The position numbers were made by a program, and so were the translations under genes. Below the pieces are notes generated by a model that saw only the letters and a list, made by a program, of their open reading frames with translations, searched no databases and had not been told where the DNA came from. Source: Candidatus Thorarchaeota archaeon (GTDB taxonomy: Archaea; Asgardarchaeota; Thorarchaeia; Thorarchaeales; Thorarchaeaceae). Taken from it: DNA of 64,000 bases. Shown here piece by piece: positions 39,412 to 50,202 of this stretch (its first letter is position 1; each line of letters opens with the position of its first letter). The stretch spans positions 64,001-128,000 of the forward strand of contig JAGSHN010000012.1 in NCBI GenBank assembly GCA_029855935.1, in the 5' to 3' direction.

Positions 39412-41400
39412 TCATCCTCCTCGATTGTACCGTATCTTCTTCACTGCCAGCCAGATGCCCACCAGCACGGTGACACCGAGCGCGACCCAGGTCGGTATCT
39501 CCTGTGTCCACGGTATCTTTGGATCCCAGTCCTCTCCGTCAGGTATGGAGTCCCCATCAGTATCGTTGTTGAAGGGCAGTAGTCCATTCTCAACCTCATA
39601 CAGGTCGGTGAGACCATCCCCGTCGGTGTCATTTGACAGGGGGTCGAGACCATTGAGCACCTCGAACAGATCTGTCAGGCCGTCACCATCCGTGTCCGCC
39701 ACGAGGGCACTTGTGTTGTGCTCAATCTCCAAGGAGTCTATGAGACCATCCCCGTCGGTGTCATCATTTAGCGGGTCGAGGCCCATCTCAAGCTCTGTGG
39801 CATCGTCGACTCCATCGCCGTCGGTGTCGGTTGACAATGGGCTGAGACCATGCTCTATCTCAAAGCCATCCTTGAGAGAGTCCCCATCGGTGTCGACCAA
39901 CCACGGATTAGACCCTATCATCACCTCGACGTAGTCGGAGGCACCATCCCCGTCCGTGTCTGGTGACCGTGGGTTCGTGCGGAGTTCGTATTCTTGATCA
40001 TCGGTCAGATTGTCGGCGTCGGTGTCGGGTGAGATGGCATCGGACTTGAACAGGTACTCCGTTCCGTCATCGAGGCTGTCCATGTCAAAATCGTGATATT
40101 GCGAGAACGAGTAGTCTACTATTGCGCTGGCGTTCCCCGTATTAGTCACCTGAAACGTATAGATGCCGGGTGCCTGAATATCTGCTGTGATGACGAGGCT
40201 GCCGCTGTTGGATGTGCCCTGTCCTATGTCATTCCCCTGGGGATCCACTATGTGTGCTGCAAGCTGCGTCCCGCTCGTCCATCCCAAGGCGAGTGTCAAC
40301 CGCGAGACACCTGTAAGCGGCATTGTTCCCGCCTCGGTGTAGTTAGTCCCAATTGACATCTGGCCCGCGAACGCAATCTCCCTCCCTGTTCCAAAGTTAC
40401 CTAGCATCCATGTCAGGGAGGCGACGAGGCCCACCGCCTCTGCTGCCTGCGCGTAGTCGTATCTCGCGTTGTTCCAGTTGTCGTCATCCGTCGGGACATA
40501 GTAGTAAGGCTGGCTCAATACGAAGCTCGGGACACCCGCATTGGTGCCATCATACGCACCAGTACGTGTCCATCCTCCTGCTGGTGCTGGACTCTTTGTC
40601 GTGAATCTTGCACCCGCGAGATAGGAGGCCCGTACGGCCACCTCGCCCATGAAGTCCACATTCTGAAAGCCCGAGTCGTGATAGTTCGATACAAAGAGCA
40701 GTCCAGCCGGGGAGCTCGCCTCATGATGCAGGAGTGTCGAAAACCAGAAGATTGCAGCAGGCCGTCTTCCCTCATCAATCAGCTGGTTCATGAACGTCCG
40801 GAGTCCCAGATTCCCACTACTCCCTGAACCATAGCCTGTGGTGATGGTGTTGGTGAGAACAAACATCACATCGTTTGTCAGCGGATATTGATAGAGTAAT
40901 CTGGCTGTCTCGACGACGGCTGCCGCTGAGGCGCCGAAACCATTTGCTCCAGCAGTGTATCTCGATGCAATTGTACCGGCAATGATGATTGGTGCGCGAT
41001 TGTCGGTTGTCCCGTGCAGGACACCGACCAGTGTCTCCTCCACCGTTTCTCTGTCAAAAGCGATATGATTGTCTGTGGCATTTCTCATTGCCTCATCGAT
41101 ATACTCCCACGCGCCCGCGAGCGGGTCTGATGGCTTCCGGTCGAGAGGATACCACACTCTCTGAGGATACAGCTCGGAGAGGTCCTTCACGATAGTCCTG
41201 ATCCGGTCGACACTCACGTCGTCAAATATGCTCTTCCAGACATTGTTGACCTTGGTCGTGGCACTAACCACAGAGTGCCGATACGGCACGGCGCGTTGTG
41301 TGTTCAGCTCTGTGACCACACCAGCCTGATGAAAAATGAAACCAACTCCGAGAATCAGTAGTAGTCCCAATGCGAGGACCGCGCCGTTCCGAGGGCTCAT
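39412..41400 (-). CDS. Paralogous surface protein: degenerate M28-like head, PPC-like domain, 9 DxDxD repeats, C-terminal TM
   Basis: Signal/anchor, IIAGTIAS...[28 protein letters not shown], 22-aa repeats, TM followed by KKIR. Confidence 0.85.
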   Translation of the reverse strand: MSPRNGAVLALGLLLILGVGFIFHQAGVVTELNTQRAVPYRHSVVSATTKVNNVWKSIFDDVSVDRIRTIVKDLSELYPQRVWYPLDRKPSDPLAGAWEYIDEAMRNATDNHIAFDRETVEETLVGVLHGTTDNRAPIIIAGTIASRYTAGANGFGASAAAVVETARLLYQYPLTNDVMFVLTNTITTGYGSGSSGNLGLRTFMNQLIDEGRRPAAIFWFSTLLHHEASSPAGLLFVSNYHDSGFQNVDFMGEVAVRASYLAGARFTTKSPAPAGGWTRTGAYDGTNAGVPSFVLSQPYYYVPTDDDNWNNARYDYAQAAEAVGLVASLTWMLGNFGTGREIAFAGQMSIGTNYTEAGTMPLTGVSRLTLALGWTSGTQLAAHIVDPQGNDIGQGTSNSGSLVITADIQAPGIYTFQVTNTGNASAIVDYSFSQYHDFDMDSLDDGTEYLFKSDAISPDTDADNLTDDQEYELRTNPRSPDTDGDGASDYVEVMIGSNPWLVDTDGDSLKDGFEIEHGLSPLSTDTDGDGVDDATELEMGLDPLNDDTDGDGLIDSLEIEHNTSALVADTDGDGLTDLFEVLNGLDPLSNDTDGDGLTDLYEVENGLLPFNNDTDGDSIPDGEDWDPKIPWTQEIPTWVALGVTVLVGIWLAVKKIRYNRGG
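39520..40092 (-). repeat. Nine 22-aa TSP3-like Ca-binding repeats
   Basis: DTDGDGLxDxxE units, counted manually. Confidence 0.9.
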
Positions 41401-41473
41401 ACCAGCGACCCCCCCGTGTGCGCTTGATTAAGCTTTTGAAGTACGCCATCCGAGATGCCCACCGCGAGAGGAA

Positions 41474-41995
41474 TCACCGCAGCTCCTCAGCGTGCTCCAG
41501 TATCAGATTAGCCACAAGTTCTGTGTTGTCAGGTGAGACCACTCTCCACCCCTCCAGCCTCTCGTCCTCTGCTACATCTTCGTCGCAGACTATGGCCACA
41601 ATTCTCTTCACTGCGGGCGGTGGAGGAACTGCCTCCCCCCTGATGCACCACAGACGAGGTATCGGCTCTCTCTTCATCCCCTCAATGATCACTATATCGG
41701 CGTCGAGACGCTCCACAATCTCCCTGAGCGGCAGCCTCTGCCTCCATCTCATCGTTGTGACGCTTGGGCCAACCAGTGCAGTGCCACTGGCACCTGCCTC
41801 CCACAGTCTCCTGGTGTCAGTTCCTGCCTGCGCCAAGACATCCTCGTTGCTGCTCTTCACAGCCGCTACGCGAACACCTCTCCTCATCAGCTCAGGTATC
41901 ACTCTCTCCAGCAGTGTGGTCTTGCCGGATCCCGAGAGGCCGGATATTGCAAACACCCGTTGCGATGACGAGTTCCGAATGGTCCTGTGGGTCAT
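41474..41995 (-). CDS. mobB: Molybdopterin-guanine dinucleotide biosynthesis protein B
   Basis: [39 protein letters not shown]. Confidence 0.88.
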   Translation of the reverse strand: MTHRTIRNSSSQRVFAISGLSGSGKTTLLERVIPELMRRGVRVAAVKSSNEDVLAQAGTDTRRLWEAGASGTALVGPSVTTMRWRQRLPLREIVERLDADIVIIEGMKREPIPRLWCIRGEAVPPPPAVKRIVAIVCDEDVAEDERLEGWRVVSPDNTELVANLILEHAEELR

Positions 41996-42072
41996 ACCAC
42001 CAGCTCGCGGTGTTGCTCCAGTAGGAACCTTAAAAATCGGTTTATCTTGGTCACAGGGCGGAGAGAGCTCCT

Positions 42073-42855
42073 TTGGCCAATGACATTGACAACGACATTG
42101 CGGTTCTGTGTCAGGATGTTCATCGAGACTTTCAGGACGGCTCACGAGTGATTCGTGTCCTGCGGGGGACCGACTTGGAGGTCCGAAAGGGTGAGTTCGT
42201 TGCCATAGTGGGCGCCTCGGGCTCCGGAAAGACTACTCTCCTCAATCTCATTGGCGGACTGGACCGGCCGACAAGCGGGAAGATATTCGTCGATGGCATC
42301 GAGATAACGGCGCTGGACGACGAAGAGATGGCTGAGATGCGGCGCAACAAGATTGGGATCCTGTTTCAGGATCAGTACCTGCTGCCTGTCTTCACAGCGC
42401 TCGAGAACGTCCAGGTGCCGATGCTGTTGAACGAGGTGAGGGCCAAGGAGCGAGAGCGACGTGCTATGGAGCTACTCAAGGCCGTCGGTGTCGACCACCG
42501 TGCGCACCATATGCCTCACGAGCTCTCCGGCGGAATGCGGTCAAGAGTCGCTCTCGCGCGTGCATTGGCAAACGATCCTGCTATTCTTCTCTGCGATGAG
42601 CCGACTGGCGACCTCGACCACAAGACCGGGGGCGAGATAATCCGGCTGATGCGTGACCTAGCCAAGAAACACAACCGCGCAGTCCTTGTCGTCACCCACG
42701 ACCCGGAGGTGGCAAGGATGGCGGACCGCATCCTCCTACTTCGTGATGGCAAGCTTGTGGAGGAGCTAGTGAGCCGTTTCTTCAAGCCCAGTGGCGTCGA
42801 TGTCACCGTAGCTCGCGACCCGGACTCTAGGAGTTCCGCACCAACAGAGGGGTGA
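42073..42855 (+). CDS. LolD/MacB-type ABC ATPase
   Basis: GASGSGKT, LSGGMRSR, CDEPTGDLD, VTHD. Confidence 0.95.
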   Translation: MANDIDNDIAVLCQDVHRDFQDGSRVIRVLRGTDLEVRKGEFVAIVGASGSGKTTLLNLIGGLDRPTSGKIFVDGIEITALDDEEMAEMRRNKIGILFQDQYLLPVFTALENVQVPMLLNEVRAKERERRAMELLKAVGVDHRAHHMPHELSGGMRSRVALARALANDPAILLCDEPTGDLDHKTGGEIIRLMRDLAKKHNRAVLVVTHDPEVARMADRILLLRDGKLVEELVSRFFKPSGVDVTVARDPDSRSSAPTEG

Positions 42856-42859
42856 TGCC

Positions 42860-45742
42860 TTGAGTAGCGGAGGTCGAAGGACCCCACGGGGCAACCGGTT
42901 CTACTCCCTCTCATATGCTCTCGAGTCTATCAGGTCCTACCCATTCAGGGCACTGAGCCTTGCCATCACGCTGAGCCTGGGCCTCTCGCTCATCGGCTCT
43001 GTGCTCATATGGGCTGACACAGGTGTTCAGGTCAGTGTGAACAACTACTTTGACAACACGGCCTTTCAGATGCTTGTCGAGGCTCCGCCGGGGCAGGAGG
43101 CGATACTCTCTCAGGCCGACCAGTATGCAGCGTCGAGCAGTCTGGTCAAAGACACGTTCAAGATAAACTCCACAATCGGGCTGGTCTATGGCAGCCGGCT
43201 GCCCAATGACACAGTCTACGGACTGGATGAGCCCCTGTATTCGTCGGGGATGAAGGACTGCCAGGTCCTCTTTGTTGACAATCAGTTCCTCGAAACGGCG
43301 CGACGCAGCTTTCTTGTTGATGGTGAGTTCTCTCTCCGAGAGGGTGAGGCTCTTGTCTCGGTACAGTTCCTGACGTATGTACACCAAGTATATGGCATAA
43401 CTCTCACGGTCAACTCCACATTCGACCTTGAGCTATTGATGAACGCTCCTGCAGGTCCCTCTGGACCCATTGGGGATATGTCACGGACAAGCCTGCGCGA
43501 TCTGCGGATAGTCGGTGTCTACGAGGTTCTGGGGTACAACTCTCTCATCGAGCAGGCCTTTCCCTCCATTATGCGTTCAAACTATGCCTATGTCCACTAC
43601 GACACTCCTGTGCTAGGCATCCGTGACAGTGTGATGATCCTGTCCGACAGTGTTGACACCTCTGGCATTGAGGAACATGGGTTCTTCAGGCCGCGGCTCT
43701 TCATACGGGCCTCGCCAACAGCGCTCGTCGCCGCGGGGCCCGACAAGATTGCCGAGAATCTTCTCACACTAAAGGCCCGCCTTGAGGAACAGTTTGATGT
43801 CACCGTCTACGGTCTAGGCGAGATTCTCTATCTCCAGCGCGTGGTCGATACCTATCGTGATACGACCCCTCTGATCTCTCTCAACCTACCTCTCTTCATT
43901 CTTGCAATGTTTCTCTCGGTGTTCGCGGCAGACACCTTTATGGCTGCACGCAGGACCGAGGTGAGCGCTCTTCGCTCCAAAGGCGCAAGTTCGGGTCAGA
44001 TCTATGGTATATTCGTTGTAGAGTCCGCCCTGATGGCCATCGTCAGCGTGGTGTTCGGGATTACTCTCAGCGTAGTCTTTGCTGCTCTAATTCCCTCAAG
44101 CGTCGCATTTCTGCAGTTCGACTGGGATGTCTATCAATTCTATCTTCAGAACACAGTACTCACTCCTACGGCTCTGCTGTACTCCACTCTCTTCTGTATA
44201 GTACCACCCCTCCTCTTCATTGTCTATGCTGCGAGAAAGGCCACCCGCGCTGAGATCGGCGTGATGATGGTCGAGGGTACCGAACCTATATCAGAGGGCG
44301 ACGAGGGCAACCGGTTCACACTGGGAATCTCCCTGTTCCTTCTTGCGATGGTGCTCGGTGCCGCATTACTCCTCCCCGCGGACCCGCTCCTCATATCGCT
44401 GGAGCTCGGTCTGGGGACTGCAGCATGGTTCTTTCTGGCATACAACGGCTCACGAGTCACACGTATCGGATTCGCCAACATCACCTCGCGGCTGGCCTTT
44501 GTTCTCGGGGAGAAGAACATAGTGGCCGCCGGGAACCTGAAGATGCGGAGGGGCCGCATCGTTCCACTAATGGTCGTTCTGGTACTCACGCTCTCCTCTA
44601 CAGTCGCCTTCACAGTCCAGGCGACAACATTTCAAACGGACCTGTCAAAGGAGGTCCGCTATGCTGTCGGCGCGGACCTGAGAGTGACCACAACATCAAA
44701 ACCCTTCAATTTCACAAGGACGATCTCCAGCTATCCGGGCGTCGATGATGCAATGGCCGTGCTACAGACGTGGGGTGGGATCAACAATGAGATAATCTCA
44801 ATAGAGGCACTCGACCCGCTGAAGTATTCCGACTTGGGATACTTCGACCAGTCCAGTTTCAACGGTGAGGACCCAGAGGCGATACTGGGACAACTTGCCC
44901 GTGTGGAGAACGGAATTCTGATGAGCAAGTATCATGCCGACCGCTGGAACAAGACGATCGGCGATACAATCACCCTCACCGTCGGCGGCCGTCTTGCAGC
45001 TGTGAGCATCACATTCGTCATCGTGGGTCTTGTCCACACGGCTCCGGGATTCGGGTACGCCTCCATTGCTGATGCCCCGTCGTCCAGGCTCGGTGCTGGC
45101 TTTGGTCTGCAGGCGCCTCACGGTGGCTTTGCAATAGCGAATCTTGAGTTTGTGTCTGCCCAGACGGGTATCAATACCGCCCGTCTGTTCTTCGGCGACC
45201 TCGTGACAGTGAGCGACACAACTCTTCTTCTCAGGTCGCTCAACGACCTCCCGGGCGTGTCAGCGACCACTCCCGAGACCTTCAACCTCTACAGTCATTC
45301 CTTTGGTACAGCCCTCTTCCTGAGCACGGTAGAGGGCCTGTTCTCCATCGGTTTCACCATGTCGTTGTTGCTCAGTATATTCTCGCTGACACTCTTCTTG
45401 GGATCGATAGTACGGGAACGACGTCGTGACTATGCGATACTACGCGCAGTGGGAGCCTCAAGGAAGCAGGTGATACGTGTGGTCCTGGCCGAGTTTGTGG
45501 GCGTGGTTCTCGCCTCCCTGACCCTCAGTCTCATCTTGGGGATGGTCTTCGGCTATGTCCTCAGTATAGTGGTATTCTCCATGAGTCCGTTCTCACGGAT
45601 GCTTGCACCAGTCATTGTTGTTCCTGTCGGCTTCCTGACTGTTGTCGTTTTGTTGGAGCTGGTTGCGATGGTGGGTGGCTCCTATCTCCCGGCGAAGGAG
45701 GCTGCGAAGACGGATCCTGCAATCGTGCTCAGAAACTTGTGA
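42860..45742 (+). CDS. Large MacB/FtsX-type ABC permease A
   Basis: Two ECDs, RRTEVSALRSKGA and RRRDYAILRAVGA coupling motifs, ends DPAIVLRNL. Confidence 0.92.
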   Translation: MSSGGRRTPRGNRFYSLSYALESIRSYPFRALSLAITLSLGLSLIGSVLIWADTGVQVSVNNYFDNTAFQMLVEAPPGQEAILSQADQYAASSSLVKDTFKINSTIGLVYGSRLPNDTVYGLDEPLYSSGMKDCQVLFVDNQFLETARRSFLVDGEFSLREGEALVSVQFLTYVHQVYGITLTVNSTFDLELLMNAPAGPSGPIGDMSRTSLRDLRIVGVYEVLGYNSLIEQAFPSIMRSNYAYVHYDTPVLGIRDSVMILSDSVDTSGIEEHGFFRPRLFIRASPTALVAAGPDKIAENLLTLKARLEEQFDVTVYGLGEILYLQRVVDTYRDTTPLISLNLPLFILAMFLSVFAADTFMAARRTEVSALRSKGASSGQIYGIFVVESALMAIVSVVFGITLSVVFAALIPSSVAFLQFDWDVYQFYLQNTVLTPTALLYSTLFCIVPPLLFIVYAARKATRAEIGVMMVEGTEPISEGDEGNRFTLGISLFLLAMVLGAALLLPADPLLISLELGLGTAAWFFLAYNGSRVTRIGFANITSRLAFVLGEKNIVAAGNLKMRRGRIVPLMVVLVLTLSSTVAFTVQATTFQTDLSKEVRYAVGADLRVTTTSKPFNFTRTISSYPGVDDAMAVLQTWGGINNEIISIEALDPLKYSDLGYFDQSSFNGEDPEAILGQLARVENGILMSKYHADRWNKTIGDTITLTVGGRLAAVSITFVIVGLVHTAPGFGYASIADAPSSRLGAGFGLQAPHGGFAIANLEFVSAQTGINTARLFFGDLVTVSDTTLLLRSLNDLPGVSATTPETFNLYSHSFGTALFLSTVEGLFSIGFTMSLLLSIFSLTLFLGSIVRERRRDYAILRAVGASRKQVIRVVLAEFVGVVLASLTLSLILGMVFGYVLSIVVFSMSPFSRMLAPVIVVPVGFLTVVVLLELVAMVGGSYLPAKEAAKTDPAIVLRNL

Positions 45743-45752
45743 GGTTGGACAG

Positions 45753-48659
45753 ATGACGACCAAGACACAACGACCCATCTATAGAGGCAACCCCTTCTGG
45801 GCTATCTCCTATGCGTTCACCTCGCTACGGAACTATCCCCTACGCAACATGGGCATTGCACTTGTTCTTGCCATAGGTGTGGCGCTTCCGACCACCGTCT
45901 TTGTGTGGTCGTCGACGGGGACAAACATGGTCACCCATCAATACTTTGAGACGCACTCTTTCCAGATGGCAATGCTACCTGACGCCGGAGAGAACTTTGA
46001 GTCCTCTCGTATGGGTGATGCGATGACTGAAGTCACGGCAAGTCCCTACATTGAGGCCGCCCACCTTGTCCCATCAACCATCGGCATCCTCGCGGGCGGT
46101 GTGTTCCCTGAGTGGTCGCAGTACGATATGACTGGGCAGGTGTATCGCGACGGAATGAAGGACATGCGGGTGATGCTCGTCACGAACGACTTCCTCTCAA
46201 ACGCCTCAGTGGACTTTGAATACAATGGCACCTTCCATCTTGACCCCGGACAGGTCCTTGTATCAGAGAACTTCATCACCTACACCGAGCAGGTCTACAA
46301 TGTGACTCTGACAATTGGGAGCACTATTAGTTTCGACCTGTTGCAGCTAGGTTCTCACGCAACAGCTGGTGATCCCAATAGTCTTGGTGCAGTGCGCTTC
46401 TCCAATCTCGTCATTGCTGGCATATATCGCAGTCCGACGAAGCGTCTGTTGGTGACTCAGGTATTCCCCTCGATGTCGCGGAAAAACTGGGATCCGATGA
46501 GCCTCTACACGGAGCCTGTGCTTGGTCTGGCAGACTCGGTGATGATGCTACAGAGTGATGCAGGTGAGGCCGTCATAGCGAACGTCCGCAACAGGGGCTT
46601 CTTCGCTCCTGTCGTCTTCCTGAGGGGATCTGTCGAGGGTCTGATTGAGGGTGGTGTGGGAGCAATCGGGGCACATCTCGTGTCCGTGCGAGAGCAGCTC
46701 TCAGAGGCCTACCCCAAGATAACAATCAAGGGTCTATCAGAGATCTGGAGCCTTGATGCGACGATTCGCACCTACCTCGAGAGCCAGATACTGACGATAA
46801 TTGTCTTCCCCGTCCTCATCATGAGCCTAATGCTCACTGTCTTCACCTCTGAGACGTCCATCGCCCGACGGAAGGGTGAGATAAGCGCTCTTCGTGCGAA
46901 GGGGGCATCCTTCAATCAGGTCTTCTCAACCTTCATGTGGGAGTCTCTCGTCCTCTCAGTCCTTGGATTCGTCATTGGAGTGTTCCTCGCGCTACTGATG
47001 GCTCCGCTGGTGGGATCTGCCAGTGGTCTTTTCCAGTTTGACCGGACTATGATGACCGAGTTCGTCAAGTATCTCACGATTCCCCCACTTGCGCTCGTAA
47101 TTGCTGGTGCACTGGCAATGTACCTCCCCGCGTCATATCTTCTGCACGTGGCACGCAGGATTGATGTTTCAGAGGTAGGCCAACCAACGGCCAATGTGCC
47201 TGATGAGGAGACCGAGGAAACAAGTGTCCTCCGATACGCGGTGGGGCTGTCGCTCGTTCTTGGCTTTCTCCTCGCTCTTCCAGAGATCATGGCGCCTCGC
47301 GGTGCGGCAGCCATCGGTGAAATCGTCCTCACGACGCTTCTACTCTTTGTGGCCTCCTACTTCGGCTCGAAGACGATGCGATACGTAACATCACGGTTGT
47401 CCGGTGGCACCAATTTCCTGCTTGGTGAAAAGGCTCTCTATCTCAGCCGGAGCCTGCGAAAGCGGAAGGCACAGTTCATACCGTTGCTGGTCATTCTAAC
47501 ACTCACCCTGACCACTACGTCGATGATGATCATCCAGTCATCGAGTTTCCGGGCCACCCTAGACCACGAGATTGGCTATGCCATTGGTGCTGACCTACGA
47601 GTGGAGGGTGATGTTCTCCCTGTCGAGTTCAACAAGTCCATCCTGCAACAGCCCGGCGTGTACAGGGTGACACCAGTGTTGCAGTCCATTGGGTCGGTGG
47701 GCTCGAACACATTCTTCCTAGAAGGAATCGATCCGCTCAACTACTCCAAGATAGGCTACTTCACTCAGGACAGCTTTGTCAGCGGTACTGCCCAACAGGT
47801 TTTGTCCGCCCTAGCTGAGACGTATGCGGGCATCATCATCAGCGACTTCTACTCTCAGCTATGGAACCGGAGCATTGGGGACTCTGTCACAATGACGTTC
47901 TCGATGGTCAATGGTACGAGGACAATGGACTTCGAGATCGTCGGAATAATGCGCAGTGCTCCCGGTTTCGGGATGGCATCGGTCACAGATCTGCCCGGCC
48001 GCTCCTTCGGCTCGCAGTTGGGCTTTCAGGTCGTCGGGGAGGGATTCGCTCTGGTCAACCTTGATTTCCTCTATCGTGAGGCGTACATCCACACGGCAGA
48101 CTTGTTTCTAGCAGATGCCGTTGACTTTGCGAACATCACAGCGGCGATAGAGTCGATTCAGGCATTGGGTCAACTGGATGTCTACTCCCCACTCACGTTC
48201 GACATTGCCGCACAGTCGTACTCGATAGACCTCTTCCTGTCCGGCATAAACGGACTGACTATCATCGCCTTCGTGCTGTGTGCGTTGATGGGTCTCTCAG
48301 CAATCGCACTGTTTCTCGGCTCAGCAGTTCTGGAACGGAAGTCGGAGTATGCCATCTTTCGTGCACTCGGCGGGACACGTCGCCAGGTGGTGTCCATAGT
48401 GTTCGGTGAGTTTGCAGGGACAGTGGTGGCAGCGATAGGCATCAGCATCCTGCTGGGTCTTGTGTTCGGCTACTCGATGAGCCTGCTCACGTTCGGGATC
48501 TCCCCCTTCTCGCCCATACTTCCGGAGGTGCTGTCCTTCCCGTTGCAGATAATGGGATTGACCATACTGGCCGAGAGTGCCGTAATGATTCTCAGCTGTT
48601 ACATTCCCGCACGTCGAGCAGGGGCAGTGGACCCCGCCGTCGTATTGCGGAACCTGTGA
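45753..48659 (+). CDS. Large MacB/FtsX-type ABC permease B (paralog of A)
   Basis: RKGEISALRAKGA, RKSEYAIFRALGG, ends DPAVVLRNL; start MTTKTQ after GAGGT. Confidence 0.92.
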   Translation: MTTKTQRPIYRGNPFWAISYAFTSLRNYPLRNMGIALVLAIGVALPTTVFVWSSTGTNMVTHQYFETHSFQMAMLPDAGENFESSRMGDAMTEVTASPYIEAAHLVPSTIGILAGGVFPEWSQYDMTGQVYRDGMKDMRVMLVTNDFLSNASVDFEYNGTFHLDPGQVLVSENFITYTEQVYNVTLTIGSTISFDLLQLGSHATAGDPNSLGAVRFSNLVIAGIYRSPTKRLLVTQVFPSMSRKNWDPMSLYTEPVLGLADSVMMLQSDAGEAVIANVRNRGFFAPVVFLRGSVEGLIEGGVGAIGAHLVSVREQLSEAYPKITIKGLSEIWSLDATIRTYLESQILTIIVFPVLIMSLMLTVFTSETSIARRKGEISALRAKGASFNQVFSTFMWESLVLSVLGFVIGVFLALLMAPLVGSASGLFQFDRTMMTEFVKYLTIPPLALVIAGALAMYLPASYLLHVARRIDVSEVGQPTANVPDEETEETSVLRYAVGLSLVLGFLLALPEIMAPRGAAAIGEIVLTTLLLFVASYFGSKTMRYVTSRLSGGTNFLLGEKALYLSRSLRKRKAQFIPLLVILTLTLTTTSMMIIQSSSFRATLDHEIGYAIGADLRVEGDVLPVEFNKSILQQPGVYRVTPVLQSIGSVGSNTFFLEGIDPLNYSKIGYFTQDSFVSGTAQQVLSALAETYAGIIISDFYSQLWNRSIGDSVTMTFSMVNGTRTMDFEIVGIMRSAPGFGMASVTDLPGRSFGSQLGFQVVGEGFALVNLDFLYREAYIHTADLFLADAVDFANITAAIESIQALGQLDVYSPLTFDIAAQSYSIDLFLSGINGLTIIAFVLCALMGLSAIALFLGSAVLERKSEYAIFRALGGTRRQVVSIVFGEFAGTVVAAIGISILLGLVFGYSMSLLTFGISPFSPILPEVLSFPLQIMGLTILAESAVMILSCYIPARRAGAVDPAVVLRNL

Positions 48660-48734
48660 GGAGGACATAGACGTGAGACTGCGCAGCTCAATAACCTTAA
48701 CTGTTCATTTCTGGCGGAGATGTGTGATGGCCCT

Positions 48735-49751
48735 ATGACCGTGACAGAACAGATAGACTACTATCACGACTTCCCCGACGATGTCGTCGTCAGTGTCGAC
48801 AACGTCTACAAGATCTACAAGACCGCAGAGCTGGAGGTCGTCGCCCTCAGTGGAGTCTCGCTACAGATTCTTGAGGGTAAGATAATGTGCGTTGTCGGTC
48901 CGTCGGGTTCTGGCAAGACAACTCTGACAAATATCATAGGTGGCATCACCAAGGCCACCGTGGGAAAGGTCTACTGGGCCAATCTCAGGACCGATATCAC
49001 CAAACTGCCCGAGCGCGTATTGACAGAGGCGCGGAGAAACTTCATTGGGTTTGTCTTTCAGGTCAACAATCTGCTGCCGCATCTCAATGCCTGGCAGAAT
49101 GTGGAGCTGGCCGCAAGGATTGCTGGTGTTCCACGTCACGTCCGCAAGGAGCGCGTTGACAGGCTCATCAAGCTGGTAGGCCTGGAGGAGCGAAAACGTA
49201 ACAAGGCAACAACACTCAGCGGCGGGGAGCGCTCTCGTGTGGCAATTGCCAGTGCACTTGTGAACCTGATTGACACCGAGGGCAAGGGACTCGTTCTCTG
49301 TGACGAGCCAACTGGCGACCTCGACCCCGAGACAGCAGAACGTATTCTTGAGCTGTTTCAGGAGCTAAACGAGACGCTGGGGACCTCCTTCTTCATCGTG
49401 ACTCACAGCCAGCAGGTTGCATCGAAGGCCGACATCACTGTGGAGATTCGAGATGGTATCATCTCAGGATTCCATCAGGCTGGCATCGACCTGGACACGC
49501 TCGACCACACTCGCATTGTGAAGCTGGACAACAACTATCGTCTGCCGATGCCGCTAGACCTGCTTGAGAAGGCGGGCAACCCGACAGAGTTCAGGATCAG
49601 CTACGAGGATGGGAGATTCATTCTTGAGCCTCAGCGTGGTGAGATGGTCGACCAGCTCCGAGAGCGTCAGACCCGGAGATGCAGAGTCTGCGGGCACGAG
49701 ATACCCCCGGGAAGCTACATCTGCAGCAACTGCGGCTCGACCATCCGGTGA
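48735..49751 (+). CDS. ABC ATPase fused to an AbrB-like domain and Zn ribbon
   Basis: [25 protein letters not shown]; VKLDNNYRLPMP...EDGRFILEP; CRVC-x10-CSNC. Confidence 0.9.
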   Translation: MTVTEQIDYYHDFPDDVVVSVDNVYKIYKTAELEVVALSGVSLQILEGKIMCVVGPSGSGKTTLTNIIGGITKATVGKVYWANLRTDITKLPERVLTEARRNFIGFVFQVNNLLPHLNAWQNVELAARIAGVPRHVRKERVDRLIKLVGLEERKRNKATTLSGGERSRVAIASALVNLIDTEGKGLVLCDEPTGDLDPETAERILELFQELNETLGTSFFIVTHSQQVASKADITVEIRDGIISGFHQAGIDLDTLDHTRIVKLDNNYRLPMPLDLLEKAGNPTEFRISYEDGRFILEPQRGEMVDQLRERQTRRCRVCGHEIPPGSYICSNCGSTIR

Positions 49752-49761
49752 TGCAGGCCTA

Positions 49762-50184
49762 TCAGGGCGGTCTGGCATCCGCGTGACGATAGATTGAGAT
49801 CAGTTCCTCGATGCACCTAAGGTTCGCCATCAGTGCGCGTATTCTCAGCCTAAGACGCCGGTTGATACGAATGTGTTTCCGCTCGAGATGTCGCTCCACT
49901 GTCTGATCGAGGTCGATTCCCTCTTGGTCAAAGTCTGTCAGGATGAGGACAGAACCACGCTCTCCCAGTGTCTCGGCCACTCTGTCGATGGTTTCCTCGA
50001 TGCTGCGTCCCGTGTGAAGGCGCACGATGCGCGATGTCACTCCCAGTGCCCGGAGGACTGACTCGTCCCTCTTGCCCTCTACCAGCACGAGCATCTCAGG
50101 GTACTGCGTGCCAAGGCTGGACAAGAGTTCTATCAGTTTTTGCTCGTTCCTCTTGAGCCTACGAGGTCTAACCGCTGGTGCCAT
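49762..50184 (-). CDS. Stand-alone Toprim protein (UPF0292/RNase M5-like)
   Basis: VLVEGKRD and ILTDFDQEG motifs. Confidence 0.9.
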   Translation of the reverse strand: MAPAVRPRRLKRNEQKLIELLSSLGTQYPEMLVLVEGKRDESVLRALGVTSRIVRLHTGRSIEETIDRVAETLGERGSVLILTDFDQEGIDLDQTVERHLERKHIRINRRLRLRIRALMANLRCIEELISIYRHADARPP

Positions 50185-50202
50185 TGGCTACCTCCTTCTC
50201 TC

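Noticed and set aside
37434-40092. CRISPR-like ~66-bp periodicity
   Set aside because: Repeats are degenerate, in frame and encode DxDxD protein motifs; no cas genes
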